Below, one piece after another: positions 43,918 through 55,417 of a stretch of DNA of 64,000 nucleotides (its first letter is position 1; every line of letters begins with the position of its first letter). The stretch lies in assembly GCA_963833985.1 (NCBI GenBank), contig CAWIAD010000002.1, forward strand, positions 1,024,001 to 1,088,000, given 5' to 3'. Position numbers and translations under genes: made by a program. The notes beneath the pieces were generated by a model that did no database searches, was not told the origin of the DNA, and saw only the letters and a list, made by a program, of their open reading frames with translations. Source of the stretch: an uncultured Planctomycetaceae bacterium (GTDB lineage: Bacteria; Planctomycetota; Planctomycetia; Isosphaerales; Isosphaeraceae).

Positions 43918-46900
43918 ATGAGTGCTTCAAGCCAGGATGCGATGATTCGCGGTCCGCGCTCCTCGGTCTCCGCGCCTCTTCAGGCGCTCTTCGAGGCCGG
44001 CACCCTTGCGGGGCGATCCGACGGTCAGTTGCTTGATCAATTCCAGCACGGCGGTCACGCGCTGGCCGAGGCGGCTTTCTCGCTCCTGGTCCAGCGTCAT
44101 GGAGCGATGGTGCTGGGCGTTTGCCAGAGCGTCATCGGCGATCCGCATGACGCTGAGGACGTCTTTCAGGCCGTGTTTCTGGTCCTGGCGCAACGCTCCG
44201 GTTCAATCCGGCAGGAGGGTGCCGTGGCAAGCTGGCTCTACGGGGTCGCCCGGCGGCTCGCACTGCGAGCCCGCACCAGGCTCGCGCGTCGCCGTGCCCT
44301 CGAGCAAAGACACAGAGCGGCGCTGGATTCCTCCGAGCCTGCCGGGGGTCCGCCTCCCGAACCCTTCCCTGAGCTTTACGAGGAGCTGGACCGCCTGCCA
44401 GGGCCGTTCCGCGCGGCCGTGGTGCTGTGCGATCTCGAGGGCCACTCCTACGACCAGGCTGCCGCGATCCTGCGCTGCCCGCTGGGGACCATCCAGAGCC
44501 GGTTCGCGCGCGGCCGCCGACGGCTCCGCCAGCGACTGGAACGCCGGGGCTTCGGAACGGCACTGGCCGCCGCTGGCGGCGGACCGCTCTCTCGGGGAGT
44601 TGCCCGCGCCGTGCCGCAGGCGCTCGTGCGGCAGGTGACCGATGCCGCGGTGGCTGTTGCCGGCGGCCAGTCCGTCGCCGCGCTGGCACCGGCTACCGCG
44701 GTCGGGCTGGTCGCCTGGGAGCTGAAACGTCGCGCGGCCGCCGGCATTCTCCTCGCGGTTGCCGGCCTCCTGGGCGCAACGATGCTCACGGTCGTCTCCG
44801 GCTGGCTGCTGGAGAATGGAACCAGGGGACGGGCTGATGACGCGGTGCCAGCAAGGACCGGTACGTCTGAGCAGGCCGAAGCCGCGTCGATTCACGTCCG
44901 CGTGGTCGACGCCCAGGGGAACGGCGTTCCCGGAATCGAGGTCTGCACCAGCAGGCTCCTGGCGGACGAGCTTCCCGGAAGGCTCACGACCGATGCGGCC
45001 GGCGACCTGGTGATTCCCGCGATCGAGAGGGCCGCGGAGAGCATCTCGCTCATCGCCCGGCAAGGAGACCAGTCGCTGGCCTGGCTGCGGGTTGGCGACC
45101 GTAGCGTGCGTGGGTCTCGGGGTTCCAGGGCCAACCCGATCCTCATGCCACTGCGACCGCTCACGCATCGAGTTGCCGGTACGGTCGTCGATCCCCAGGG
45201 AAAGCCGATTCCGGGAGCTCAGGTCGTGGCGTGGGTCCTCTTCCAGGAAGGTGCCGGCACCGCGCATTCGGCGGCGATGTTCCTTTTCAGGTACGACAGT
45301 ATTGCGGCCTTGCCGCGTGCCGTGTCGGACCAGGCCGGGCGGTTTCAGCTCCTGCTCCCCGAGGACGCCACGGCCACCTTGAAGGTACGTCATCCCCGGT
45401 ACATCGGGCCGAATGCTTCGGTGAAGCCGGGCGACAAGTCCATCGAGGCGGTGGTCATGGAGCCGGCCGGAACGATTTCGGGCCGCGTGATCGATGCCCT
45501 GACGGGAGAGCCGGTCCCGCATGTCCTGCTCGGCGCAGATCCTGCTCGCGGGTCAGCGGATCCTCGGCGGCTGGGGGGATGGCCAGGCGGACGACCAGGG
45601 CCGGTTCGCGATCTCAGGGCTGGAGCCGGGCGTATACAACCTGCTCTTCGAGCATGCGCCGGGACGCCCCCACGCGACGGCCTTTGGCGTGGAGGGCGTG
45701 CGCGTCCGCGCCGGCCAGAGCACAGCCGCGCTCCTGAAGGTGATCGAGGGACGACGAGTCCGGGGCATCGTGATCGATCGGCAGACTGGCCGGCCCGCGC
45801 CGGAATTCAGGTCGGCTGCTATGGTCCTGCCCGGCCCCGGTCCGGCGCGGCGGTGCAGAGCGAGTACACCCGGCCGGATGGAGCGTTCACGTTCTTCGTA
45901 CCTCCCGGCGAACAGCACGTTTACCTGATGCAGGGTGATCTCTCCAGCCGGCAGAGTCGGGCCACGGTCGACGTACCCGAGCAGGGAGACGTGGAAATGA
46001 TTAGGCTGGTGCTCGCGGCACAGCCGCCGGACCGCACACAATCCGCATACATGGCCAAGGCCAAGGCCGTTCCGGCTCCGCCCGATGCAGCCGCCGTGAA
46101 TGCGGCAAGGCCGCACGCGAAAGCCGCTGTCGAGCGCCGCACGGTGACCGGCCGTGTCCGCGACCCGCAAGGGCGGCCGCTGGCCGCAGTGCACATCAAC
46201 GTCAGCCCGAACCCGGCCTGGCCCAATGCACCGCTCGATCCTGTCCCTCTGGCCGCCAGCGACCGCGACGGACACTTCGAGCTCGCGAACGTGCCGCGCA
46301 TCCCGCTCGACATCTTCTTCCACAAGGAGGGCTTCCAGTCCCACCGGCTGGAGCTTCCCGAGAACCGCGATCAGATCGACTGTACGTATCCGCTCGCTGC
46401 CGACCCGTCCTCCAGGCAACGCCCCGTGGTTCGCGGCGACGATCCGCTGCCGGAGGCCGAGCGCGACAGGCTCGCCTTCATCGACCTCTCCCGTCATGCC
46501 AATGAGCCGCTGGGCGATGGTCCGGGCGGGCAGGGAAACGACCTGAACCGCCTGGCTCGGGGCATCCGGAATCTCGATGGCCTGTATTTCCGCGTGGGCG
46601 ACGACATGATCCACCTGGCGGGTACCCTGGCCGCCCAGCAACCGCGGAAGGTTGAAGGGATTGCGATCCGTAGCCGCGGGCAAACGCTGCATTTCCTGCA
46701 CGCAGTGCAGCAGGTGGTCGCTCCGGGAACCGAAGTCGGCGCCTACATCATCCACTATGCCGACGGCGTGACCGAGCGGATTCCCATCGTCTACGGCCGC
46801 GACGTGGTGAACTGGTGGCTCTGGGGCCGCGGGTTCCGGGAAGTGCCCAGCGCTGGCCGTGTGGCCTGGACGGGGCTGAACGACAGCGCCGAGTTGAACC

Positions 46901-47058
46901 AGGGCCTGCGGATCCGGCTCTTCGCCACCACCTGGACGAACCCGCATCCGGAGAAGGAACTCGCCACGCTCGATATGATCTCGGCCGGCACGCTCTGCGA
47001 CCCGTTCCTGGTGGCCGCGACGCTGGAGAAGAAAGAGAAGGATCGCCAGGAAAAATGA
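43918..47058 (+). CDS. ECF sigma-70 factor with TM helix, carboxypeptidase-regulatory-like repeats and C-terminal carbohydrate-binding-like domain; compensating frameshifts near 45535 and 45795
   Basis: SDGQLL, HDAEDVFQAVFLVL, SWLYGVA, LCDLEG, GTIQSR; GRVRDPQGRP repeats; IHYADG...IPIVYG...WTNPHPEKE. Confidence 0.85.
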   Translation: MSASSQDAMIRGPRSSVSAPLQALFEAGTLAGRSDGQLLDQFQHGGHALAEAAFSLLVQRHGAMVLGVCQSVIGDPHDAEDVFQAVFLVLAQRSGSIRQEGAVASWLYGVARRLALRARTRLARRRALEQRHRAALDSSEPAGGPPPEPFPELYEELDRLPGPFRAAVVLCDLEGHSYDQAAAILRCPLGTIQSRFARGRRRLRQRLERRGFGTALAAAGGGPLSRGVARAVPQALVRQVTDAAVAVAGGQSVAALAPATAVGLVAWELKRRAAAGILLAVAGLLGATMLTVVSGWLLENGTRGRADDAVPARTGTSEQAEAASIHVRVVDAQGNGVPGIEVCTSRLLADELPGRLTTDAAGDLVIPAIERAAESISLIARQGDQSLAWLRVGDRSVRGSRGSRANPILMPLRPLTHRVAGTVVDPQGKPIPGAQVVAWVLFQEGAGTAHSAAMFLFRYDSIAALPRAVSDQAGRFQLLLPEDATATLKVRHPRYIGPNASVKPGDKSIEAVVMEPAGTISGRVIDALTGEPVPHVLLGADPARGSADPRRLGGWPGGRPGPVRDLRAGAGRIQPALRACAGTPPRDGLWRGGRARPRRPEHSRAPEGDRGTTSPGHRDRSADWPARAGIQVGCYGPARPRSGAAVQSEYTRPDGAFTFFVPPGEQHVYLMQGDLSSRQSRATVDVPEQGDVEMIRLVLAAQPPDRTQSAYMAKAKAVPAPPDAAAVNAARPHAKAAVERRTVTGRVRDPQGRPLAAVHINVSPNPAWPNAPLDPVPLAASDRDGHFELANVPRIPLDIFFHKEGFQSHRLELPENRDQIDCTYPLAADPSSRQRPVVRGDDPLPEAERDRLAFIDLSRHANEPLGDGPGGQGNDLNRLARGIRNLDGLYFRVGDDMIHLAGTLAAQQPRKVEGIAIRSRGQTLHFLHAVQQVVAPGTEVGAYIIHYADGVTERIPIVYGRDVVNWWLWGRGFREVPSAGRVAWTGLNDSAELNQGLRIRLFATTWTNPHPEKELATLDMISAGTLCDPFLVAATLEKKEKDRQEK

Positions 47059-47113
47059 GATCGGGTAGGTTGGGTCAGGGGCAGCGAGGACACACGATCC
47101 CGGAGTCTTGCTC

Positions 47114-48608
47114 ATGGCTCGCAACCGCTTGATCGGCCCGCTTGTTCTTGGCGCCGTGCTATCATCCGCCGCGGCTTCCGGGCCGCCCACTGTGCAATCC
47201 AGGTTACCCGACGGCCCACGCGCCTCGCCAACCATGCTCAGGACATCACCGATGCGGTCTTGAAGCATCACCTCGATCCCCCGGCGCGGCAGCAGATGAT
47301 CCTGGCCGGCATCAAGGCCCTGCACCGGGCCGCCGGCCTTCCCGTGCCGGCGGGGTTGAGCCGGCGCGTCTCCGCGATCACCACGCGCGAACAGCTTGCG
47401 GACCTGCTCGAGGAGCTCTGGCCGGTCAAGAGTTCCGCACCGCAGCAACTGCGCGAGGCATTCGTGAGTGGTCTGCTCGAGACGGTTCCCGGCGGCGCCG
47501 AGATTGCCACGGCGAAGGAGCAAAGCGTTCAGGAACAGATCGACGGCAACCGTTACGTCGGCATCCACATCCAGGTGCGCTACGATTCCAAGGAACAACG
47601 GACCATTGTTGCCGGCATCGTACCGGGTGGTCCGGCCGACCGGGCGGGGATGAAGCCGGAAGACCGGATTGAACAGGTCGATGGAGTGGATACGCAGGGC
47701 ATGACCATCGCCCAGGTCGTGGACCGGCTCCGCGGTGCTGACGGAACCGAGGTCCGGGTGACGGTGCGCCAGCCCGGGGAGAAAGCCCCCAGAACGCTCA
47801 CGCCCACTCGCGGACGGCTGTTCGTCCCATCGCTCAAGGGGGTACGGAAGATGCCATCGGGCGACTGGGATCATCGGCTCGGAGGTTACGGCACGATCGG
47901 CTACGTCCGGCTCACCGCTCTTTCCGGCAGCACGCCGCACGAGTTGCGCAAGGTCGCCGAGCGGCTTGACTCCGAGGGATTGCGAGCCGTCATCATGGAC
48001 CTGCGCGGGCTCTCCTCGATGAATGTCCATGCCGCGGTGCTGCTGGCTGACGACCTGCTCGATGCCGGACCGATCGGCCGGGTGCGCGAGGCCGAGCGCG
48101 TGCAGACCTATGAAGCGGCGTCCGGCGCACTGTTCCGAGATCTGCCGCTGGCGGTTCTTGTTGATGCAGAAACCGCAGGCGCCGCGGAGTGGCTTGCGGC
48201 TGCGCTGCAAGACAATCATCGTGCCAGCGTGGTCGGCAGCCCGCCACAGAGCTCCGCGCCGGGGCTCCGCGTCGTGGATCTCCCTGGCGGACGGCCGATC
48301 TGCGGTCCGCGGTGCCGGTGGGAAACGGCGAGTGTTATCTGACGCTGGCGACCGGCCAGCTCGAGCACGGCGATGGCCGCCCGCTGGCGGACTCTCCCAC
48401 ACCACGCACCGGTGCTGGTATCTCATTGGACCGGCCGGGCGGAGTGCATCTGGACCGCCGGGTCAACCCTCGCAAGGTTGCTGCGGCCGCGCCGCGCCGG
48501 CCCGGTATGGACGTCTTCGGGTTCGACGACGGATCAGTGGATCTCTGGGCTGATACGGCGGTGACGGCGGCGATCGAGGTCCTGAACGCGAAGATCAAGA
48601 GCTTCTGA
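47114..48608 (+). CDS. S41/CtpA-like PDZ protein with degenerate active site; frameshifts near 47220 and 48300
   Basis: YVGIHI, GGPADRAG PDZ, IGYVRL, IMDLRG, LAVLVD; TAGAAE where TASAAE is expected. Confidence 0.75.
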
Positions 48609-48646
48609 CCTCGACCCGCGGCAGCGGAACCCGGGAGAGAGCACTC

Positions 48647-50441
48647 ATGTCCAGAAGCGCCGCGGCTTTCACCTGCCTGACGCTGACACTGGCAACGCCC
48701 TGGTGCCCGACCGCCCTGGCTCAGAAGGAGCCACCGCCGCGAGACGCCGTCACCACGCTCGCGGCAAGGTGCCGGCAGCCGGCGGCCCTGCTGCTCGCCG
48801 ACAACGACACGCGGCTGCTGGTGGCCAACCGGCAAAGCGGCAGCATCTGCGTGGTGGATACCGGCACCCTGCACGTGCTGGCCGAGCATGAGGTTGGCCG
48901 TGGACTGGCAGACCTCGCCACGCCGGGCGATGACCGCCAGCTCGTCGCCGTCGATCAGGCCGCGGGCCAGATCCTGCTGCTCCAGAGGAGCGAAGACTCG
49001 CTCTCGGTGCTCGACCGGGTGGCCGTGAGCCCCGACCCGGTCCGGATCGCGATCCTGCGGGACGGCCGCTCCCTCGTGGCGGCTTGCCGCTGGTCGCGAA
49101 AGCTGACGTTCCTGGAGCTCGCGCGGGGACGCAGCTCCCGCGGCACGAGTGCCTTGAGAGTGACCCGCAGTGTCGATCTGCCGTTCTGCCCGCGTGAACT
49201 GCTCGTCTCGCGGGACGGCTCGAGGCTCATCGTCGGTGATGCCTTCGGCGGCAAGCTGGCCCTCGTGGACGTGCCAGCGCGGTCGCTCCTGTCTGTCCGG
49301 TCGCTGCCGGCGCACAATCTCCGGGGCCTTGCCTTCAGCAGCGACGGCCGGACGCTGATCATGGTCCACCAGTTGCTGGATCCCCTGGCACAGAGCACGT
49401 TCGATGACATCCACTGGGGGCTGCTCATCGGCAATGTGCTCCGTGTACTGCAACTCGATGCCGTGCTTGATCCCGCTGCCGATCTGCTCAGGTCAAGCGC
49501 CCGGTTCGAGCTGGGCGATGTGGGGCAGGGGGCCGCTGATCCTGCCGGCCTGGCCGTCGCTCCGGACGGATCTTTCATCATCACGCTGGGAGGAGTGAAC
49601 GATGCAGCCATCACCAGGGGACCCGGTCGACCGGTGCACCGGATCGCGGTGGGCCGGCGCCCGGAAGCGCTGGTGATCGGCCGGGACGGCAAGGCCTTCA
49701 TCGCCAACCGTCTCGACGATACCGTCTCGGTGATCGAGATTGCCGGCCGCAAGAATCTGGGCTCGATTGCTCTGGGCCCTGCGCGGGCCAGCGCACTTGT
49801 CGAGCAGGGTGAGCGCCTCTTCTTCGACGGCCGACTCTCGCATGACGGCTGGATGAGCTGCCAGAGCTGCCACAGCGACGGCCACACTTGCGGCCTGAAA
49901 AGCGATACCCTGAGTGACGGATCGTACGGCGCTGCCAAGCAGGTCCCTTCACTGCTGGGAGTCGGCGGTACGGGACCCTGGACATGGATCGGAAGCGTTG
50001 AGCGGCTCCAGGACCAGGTGCGGGCATCGATGCGCTCCACCATGCACGGGCCGAACCCCGAACCTGCCGCCGACCAGGTTGCGGCATTGACGGCCTATCT
50101 TCAGTCACTCCCGGCACCCGCAGTCCTCGCAGATCCGCACAACCTGGACGAGGCTGCCGCGCGTGGCCGCAAGATCTTCACCTTGAAGAAATGCGATGAG
50201 TGCCACATTCCCCCGCTGTACACGTCGCCCGGGCGGTATGACGTGGGGCTTACCGATGAGGTGGGCAATAACCGCTTCAATCCACCGTCGCTTCGAGGCG
50301 TCGGCCAGCGCTTCGAGCCTGCTCCACGATGGCCGGGTGCAGGATCTGGAAAACCTATTCCAGCGCGTGCGGCATCCCCGCGGACTCATTCTTTCGAGCG
50401 CCGAGGTTCGCGACCTCGAAGCGTTCCTGAGAACGCTCTGA
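48647..50441 (+). CDS. YVTN beta-propeller plus di-heme cytochrome c (peroxidase/MauG-like) protein; frameshift near 50320
   Basis: Signal peptide, propeller repeats, CQSCH, CDECH, PSLRGV, then LLHDG in the next frame. Confidence 0.82.
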
Positions 50442-50560
50442 GGAGTGGAGAACGCCTCGAACAATCGTCCTCGGCGGAAACCGGCTGACCGGCTCAGACG
50501 GCATCGTCCCAGGACGTCATACGGCGTCTCCGGTTCGGCGCACGCAAGGCCCTGCCAGCC

Positions 50561-50590
50561 GGTGGGTTGCGCTACGCTGACTCACCCTAC
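50561..50590 (-). repeat. GTAG-class REP element
   Basis: Minus strand GTAGGGTGAGTCAGCGTAGCGCAACCCACC; a partial relative GTAGGTTGGGTCAG lies at 47065. Confidence 0.6.
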
Positions 50591-50703
50591 GGTCGGCGCG
50601 CCGTGGCCATTGTGGGACGATGCCGCTCAGTCCGATGACGTTTGGCTGCAAAGGACCTCGTACACAGAGGATGCCGCGAGCTTGTTGTGGCCGGTCTGGC
50701 ACC

Positions 50704-50718
50704 TGGCATGGCGGTTGC
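50704..50718 (+). promoter_or_regulatory. Sigma-54-type -24/-12 promoter
   Basis: TGGCATGGCGGTTGC (GG-N10-GC) upstream of the DUF1003 gene. Confidence 0.55.
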
Positions 50719-50860
50719 GGGAGAACTGCCTGCCCAGATAGCACCAGATAGCACCCGATGGCACGCGGCGTGAGCGGCTCTTCACTGGCCCAGAGCGTGT
50801 CGTCAACCGGGCTTTGCCGCCTGACGAACTGAACTCTCCACGGCCATGGAGTGAATAGCG

Positions 50861-51427
50861 ATGGATCCGATGCGCTCAATCGACGAGCTGACTCAGCGGA
50901 ACGTGGCCATCATCGCCGAGATGGAAAGGGCGGAAACCAACATCCGAACCCGCGGCGAGCGGATTGCCGATCGGTTGGCATCCTGGGTGGGAAGCTGGAC
51001 CTTCGTCATTCTCCAGACCGTCCTTGTCATTGGCTGGATTCTTCTGAATTTCCTGGCCTGGACGCGGCACTGGGACCCCTATCCATTCATTCTTCTGAAC
51101 CTTGCCCTTTCCGTTCAGTCTGCGTATGCCGCGCCAATTCTCATGATCAGCCAGAATCGGCAGGCCAAGCTCAATGAGCGGCGCAATCACCTGGACTTGC
51201 AGATCAACATGTTATCCGAGCAGGAGACCACGGAGATCTTGCGTTTGCTTCGCCTGCTGTGCGCGCATTCGGGCCTTCGTCTCACGGATCTGGCCGGCCG
51301 GCGTGGTCTCGAGGAAGAAACCCGGCATGTTGAGATTGTCAAGCAGATACAGGGCGAGATTGAAGCCCAGACCAACAACGAGACCGACGTGCTGGCGGAA
51401 GCACCCGCCCCGGCCGTTCAGGCTTGA
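50861..51427 (+). CDS. DUF1003 membrane protein
   Basis: GSWTF, WDPYPFILLNL, AAPILMISQNRQ. Confidence 0.9.
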   Translation: MDPMRSIDELTQRNVAIIAEMERAETNIRTRGERIADRLASWVGSWTFVILQTVLVIGWILLNFLAWTRHWDPYPFILLNLALSVQSAYAAPILMISQNRQAKLNERRNHLDLQINMLSEQETTEILRLLRLLCAHSGLRLTDLAGRRGLEEETRHVEIVKQIQGEIEAQTNNETDVLAEAPAPAVQA

Positions 51428-51547
51428 TTCTCGAGCTTCGCACGTGCCCGAGTGGGGAGGCTTGATCCATGCTTGCAAGTGCCCATCTTTCGGCGTCCTC
51501 GACTTGGCCTTTCGACCGGGGCGACCTGCGGCTAAGATATCGCCTCC

Positions 51548-53290
51548 ATGGTCGCGGAGCGAAATGGAGTGTCCACGCCGTCGCCGTCGAGGAAGGATCC
51601 TGTGAGTACGGCCATCACTACCACAGCCGGGTCCAGCACCCGCGCACTCCCGCCTGTTCTGGGACGGCTGCTTTCCGGAACATTCTGGCTGGCCGTACGG
51701 GTTCCGCTCCAGGTGGTCTTCGCCCTCTGGACCACCCGGCTGATCTTGCAGGCGATCGGGCCCGGATTCAGCGGTGCCTACAAGTTCGCCTGGGGCTTCG
51801 GCTTCTTCCAGATGCTCTTCGAGTTCGGGATCAGCTCGGCGCTGCAACGGCAGATCTCCGAATCCTGGACGCGTGGCGATAGCCAGGGCGTGGACCGCGC
51901 GGTGGCATGCGGCCTGAACTTCTACGCGGTGATGGCCTTGGTCCAGGTGGCCGCGTTGCTCGGTGTGGCCTACGGGGCGTTGCCGTACTCCAATTTCGCG
52001 GTCCATTCCCAGGCCCAGCTTGCCAGCATGATCGGGCTTCAGGTGATGGGAGACCCGGGGCGAGGGGTCTCGGCCGTCGTGGCGGGCATCGTCGAGCAGC
52101 ATCAGTACGCGTTCATCGTCAAGCTGCTCTGGCTGCAAGTCTTCACGGCTCCGTGCTACGGGCTCTCGGTGGTCGTTTCCAGCGTGCTCCAGGCCGCCCG
52201 CCGGTATGACTTCATTCCCCGTTTTGAGGTGGCCATCACCATCCTGCGGTTCGTGGTCCTGGTGGCCGGGGTCCAGCTTGGAGTGAACTTCTTCTACGTG
52301 GTTGTGACCCAGACGGCGGTGCAGGTCTTGCTCTCGCTCGGCCCCGGGCTTTGGGTGATGGTCCACGATCTGGGCCATCTGCCCAGGTTCCGCGGCGCCC
52401 GGCTGGCCGATTACCAGGCGCTGGTGCACATCAGCTTCTTCATGGCCCTGATCCAGATCAGCGTGATCATGGCCGACAAGGTGGATACCACGGTCCTCGG
52501 TTTCCTGCATCCGGATCCGGGCCAGGCCAATGCGGTCTATGACGTGGTCAGCAAGCCGTTTCTTCAGCTGCGGCAGACCGGCTGGATGCTGGCGTACATG
52601 GTCATGCCGGCCGTGGCCAGCCTCGCGGCTGCGCGCGACCTGAGAGGCCTGGAACGGGTGAAGTATGACGGGACGCGGCTGCACATCGGCGCGCTCTTGC
52701 CGATTGGCCTGCTGGGCTGGATCTACGCCGGCCCGTTCCTGTCGCTCTGGGTGGGTAGCCGCCTGGGATACGACGCCGCCAACGAGGCCTACCTGATGCA
52801 GCTTTTCCTGACCGCGGCCCTGCCCTTGATCCTCTCGGTGCCCGTCCAGATGGCCATCGGCATCAACAAGATCGAGGTCATCGCGCTGGCCGCACTGGCG
52901 GGATCGATCTTCAACCTGCCCATCAGTTGCTACCTGACCCCGCGGATCGGCGTGGCGGGCGTGATCTGGGGCACCGTGCTGACCACCTTCTTCTCGAACC
53001 TGCTGGTCCCCGGCCTTTATGTGTTCCGTGTGTTGGATATTCACCTGAGCACCTTTTTCAAGCGGACGCTCGGCCCGCCGCTCGCCGGCGCGGGGGCCCT
53101 GGTTGTGACCACCTGGCTGGTGCGTCATGTCCTCCCCGTCAGCTACCCGGGCACCGCGCTCTACACACGGGCGTTCCCTCTGCTCATTCACCTGGCGGCC
53201 GGCACGCTGGCCTACGGCCTGGGCTATCTGAGCGTGCCGGCGGGCAGGGGCGATCTGAAAGAGCTGTGGGGCAAGCTGCGGCCGAGATGA
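51548..53290 (+). CDS. Polysaccharide flippase-like (Wzx/MATE-like) membrane protein
   Basis: Many TM helices; FEFGISSAL, ADKVDTTVLG, PRIGVAG. Confidence 0.75.
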   Translation: MVAERNGVSTPSPSRKDPVSTAITTTAGSSTRALPPVLGRLLSGTFWLAVRVPLQVVFALWTTRLILQAIGPGFSGAYKFAWGFGFFQMLFEFGISSALQRQISESWTRGDSQGVDRAVACGLNFYAVMALVQVAALLGVAYGALPYSNFAVHSQAQLASMIGLQVMGDPGRGVSAVVAGIVEQHQYAFIVKLLWLQVFTAPCYGLSVVVSSVLQAARRYDFIPRFEVAITILRFVVLVAGVQLGVNFFYVVVTQTAVQVLLSLGPGLWVMVHDLGHLPRFRGARLADYQALVHISFFMALIQISVIMADKVDTTVLGFLHPDPGQANAVYDVVSKPFLQLRQTGWMLAYMVMPAVASLAAARDLRGLERVKYDGTRLHIGALLPIGLLGWIYAGPFLSLWVGSRLGYDAANEAYLMQLFLTAALPLILSVPVQMAIGINKIEVIALAALAGSIFNLPISCYLTPRIGVAGVIWGTVLTTFFSNLLVPGLYVFRVLDIHLSTFFKRTLGPPLAGAGALVVTTWLVRHVLPVSYPGTALYTRAFPLLIHLAAGTLAYGLGYLSVPAGRGDLKELWGKLRPR

Positions 53291-53455
53291 AGCCGCATCC
53301 GTACAAATCAAGCCTGTCCGCCCGACGGAGCGTTGCCGAACGTCTTGCCGACGGTCATACTCGTTCCTTTCGATGCCCATCCAGTGCGGCAGTGCGCCTC
53401 TCCCTCGCTCTGTCCGTTCCATCCTCCACCTTTCCCAGCAACCCGGGATCGCACC

Positions 53456-55091
53456 ATGAAATCGCCACGATACCTCGTTCTGGCATGTGCCGTCTTCGTC
53501 GTGCTTGAAAGCCACGGGTGGCGCGTTGCGGCCCTGGCCCAGGAACCCGGTCAGCCGCCGTCAGCGCGGCAGAAGGCCGGTTCGTCCGCTACGAAGAACG
53601 AACCGAGCGTCGAGGTCAAAGCGGTCACGCAGGCCCTGCTTGCCGAGATCGACAAGAACTCGGAGCTGATGGTCAACATGGAGTATCTCTGCGACATGAT
53701 CGGCCCGCGCCTTACTGGCTCACCGGGATTGACCCGCGCCAGCGAGTGGACGAGGGATAAGTTCAAGCAATACGGGCTGGCCAATGTCGCACTCGAGCCC
53801 TGGAAAATCCACCAGGCCTGGACCCGGGGTGAAGCGTGCGGTCGAGTGCTCCAGCCCGCGCAGCATCGGTTGCTGCTGGAGTCGGCGGGGTGGGGTCCCG
53901 CGACCAAAGGCCCGCTCCGCGGACCGGTCATCCACGTCAAGGCGGAATCCGCCGAGGAACTGTCACCCTACAAGGGCAAGCTGAAGGGTGCCTGGGTGTT
54001 GCAGCAGGCCGTCTCGGTGCAGCCCTCGCCCAGACAGCCTGGCCCGGCATCGGAGCTCGCCAGCCTGGCGCTGCCGGATGCGCGATTACCAGAAGATGAT
54101 GCGATTCAACCAGGAGCTCAAGACATTCCTGGCGAGCGAGGGAGTGGCCGGCCTGCTGCGCGACTCGAACAAGGAGCACGGACTGGTGAACATGACCGGA
54201 GCCACCAGCAATTACACCGTTGCGCCTTTCCCCGAGGCTTTTCTGACCACCGAGTCCTACGGGTTGGTCTGGAGATTGCTCAAGCGCGGGCCGGTTGAGA
54301 TCGAGATCAACATGCAGAATTCCTTCAGCAGCGAACCGGTCGAGGTTCATAACACGGTCGCGGAAATACCAGGCACCGAGAAGCCCGACGAGGTCGTGAT
54401 CATCGGCGGGCACATCGATAGCTGGGACCTGGGTACAGGCGCCACCGATGATGGCACGGGGATCATGGCCGTGCTCGAGGCTGCCCGGGCGCTCAAGGCC
54501 GTGGGCGTCAGGCCCAGGCGGACCATCCGCTTCGTGATGTTCTCCGGCGAGGAGCAGGGATTACATGGGTCGCGTGCCTATGTCAAGGCGCATGCAAAAG
54601 ACCTCTCCAAAGTATCCGCGGTGCTGGTTCACGACATGGGGACAGGCCGTGTCAAGAGCATTGGCCTGCTTGGCCGTTACGACCTTCGCGAGATCATGGA
54701 TCAGGTTGTCGAACCGTTCAAGGATGCCGTCAAGCTGGACGAACTGAGCCTGCGGGGCATGGCCGGTGGCACCGACCACGCCTCGTTCCTGCCTCATGGC
54801 GTGCCGGCTTTCGCGGTGATCCAGGACGAGGCTGAGTATCGCAAGACTCACCACACCGAGAGCGACACGTTCGACAAGATCTATGCGGATGAGATCAACC
54901 AGGGAGCCAAGGTGCTCGCGGCCTGGGCCTACAATGTGGCCATGCTGCCAGGCTGCTTGCCGCGCAATCCCAAGCCCTTGAGCCCGGGAATGTTCGACGC
55001 CCCCCAGTTCCAGCAGCCAGGCGAGAAGGGGACGCCTCTCCCGGCGACATCCACACCTCCTTCGAGGACCGCCAGCACGGGTGATCGCTGA
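53456..55091 (+). CDS. M28 family peptidase (carboxypeptidase Q-like); frameshift near 54060
   Basis: IGPRLTGS, GGHIDSWDLGTGATDDGTG, SGEEQGL, TDHASF, HHTESD. Confidence 0.88.
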
Positions 55092-55327
55092 AGCGGCAAC
55101 CCCCGGTCTTGCCGGTCCTGCCGGAGCCGGAGTGCGCTGCGCACCGCGGTTCCCAGCCGTCATCTGGAACGCTTTCGCGGGCTTCGGGAGGTTCCGTACG
55201 TTTCCTGAGCGGCAACCATCCAGGTGACGTGTGTCGACTCTCTTTCCGCGTGGTCGCCGATGCGGCCACGCCGATTCTTCCGTGCGCGCGCTGAGTTTCC
55301 GGCGAGCGCACCGAGCGTCGCCTTTCT

Positions 55328-55343
55328 GGGCACCCGGTTTGCA
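55328..55343 (+). promoter_or_regulatory. Sigma-54-type -24/-12 promoter
   Basis: GGGCACCCGGTTTGCA upstream of the lipoprotein gene. Confidence 0.55.
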
Positions 55344-55417
55344 CAAGCAATCCGGCTGGTCTTCATGCCGGCGTCGCACTGCCGTCGGCGAGTTTGGCAG
55401 CCAGGCCAGGAAACACG

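Noticed and set aside
45553..48426. 957-aa minus-strand ORF
   Set aside because: Antisense shadow of the ECF sigma and S41-like genes with no domain motifs.
50733..50763. 10-bp tandem repeat CCAGATAGCA x2 plus variant
   Set aside because: Too short to assign a function.
51212..53515. 767-aa minus-strand ORF
   Set aside because: Antisense shadow of the flippase-like gene.
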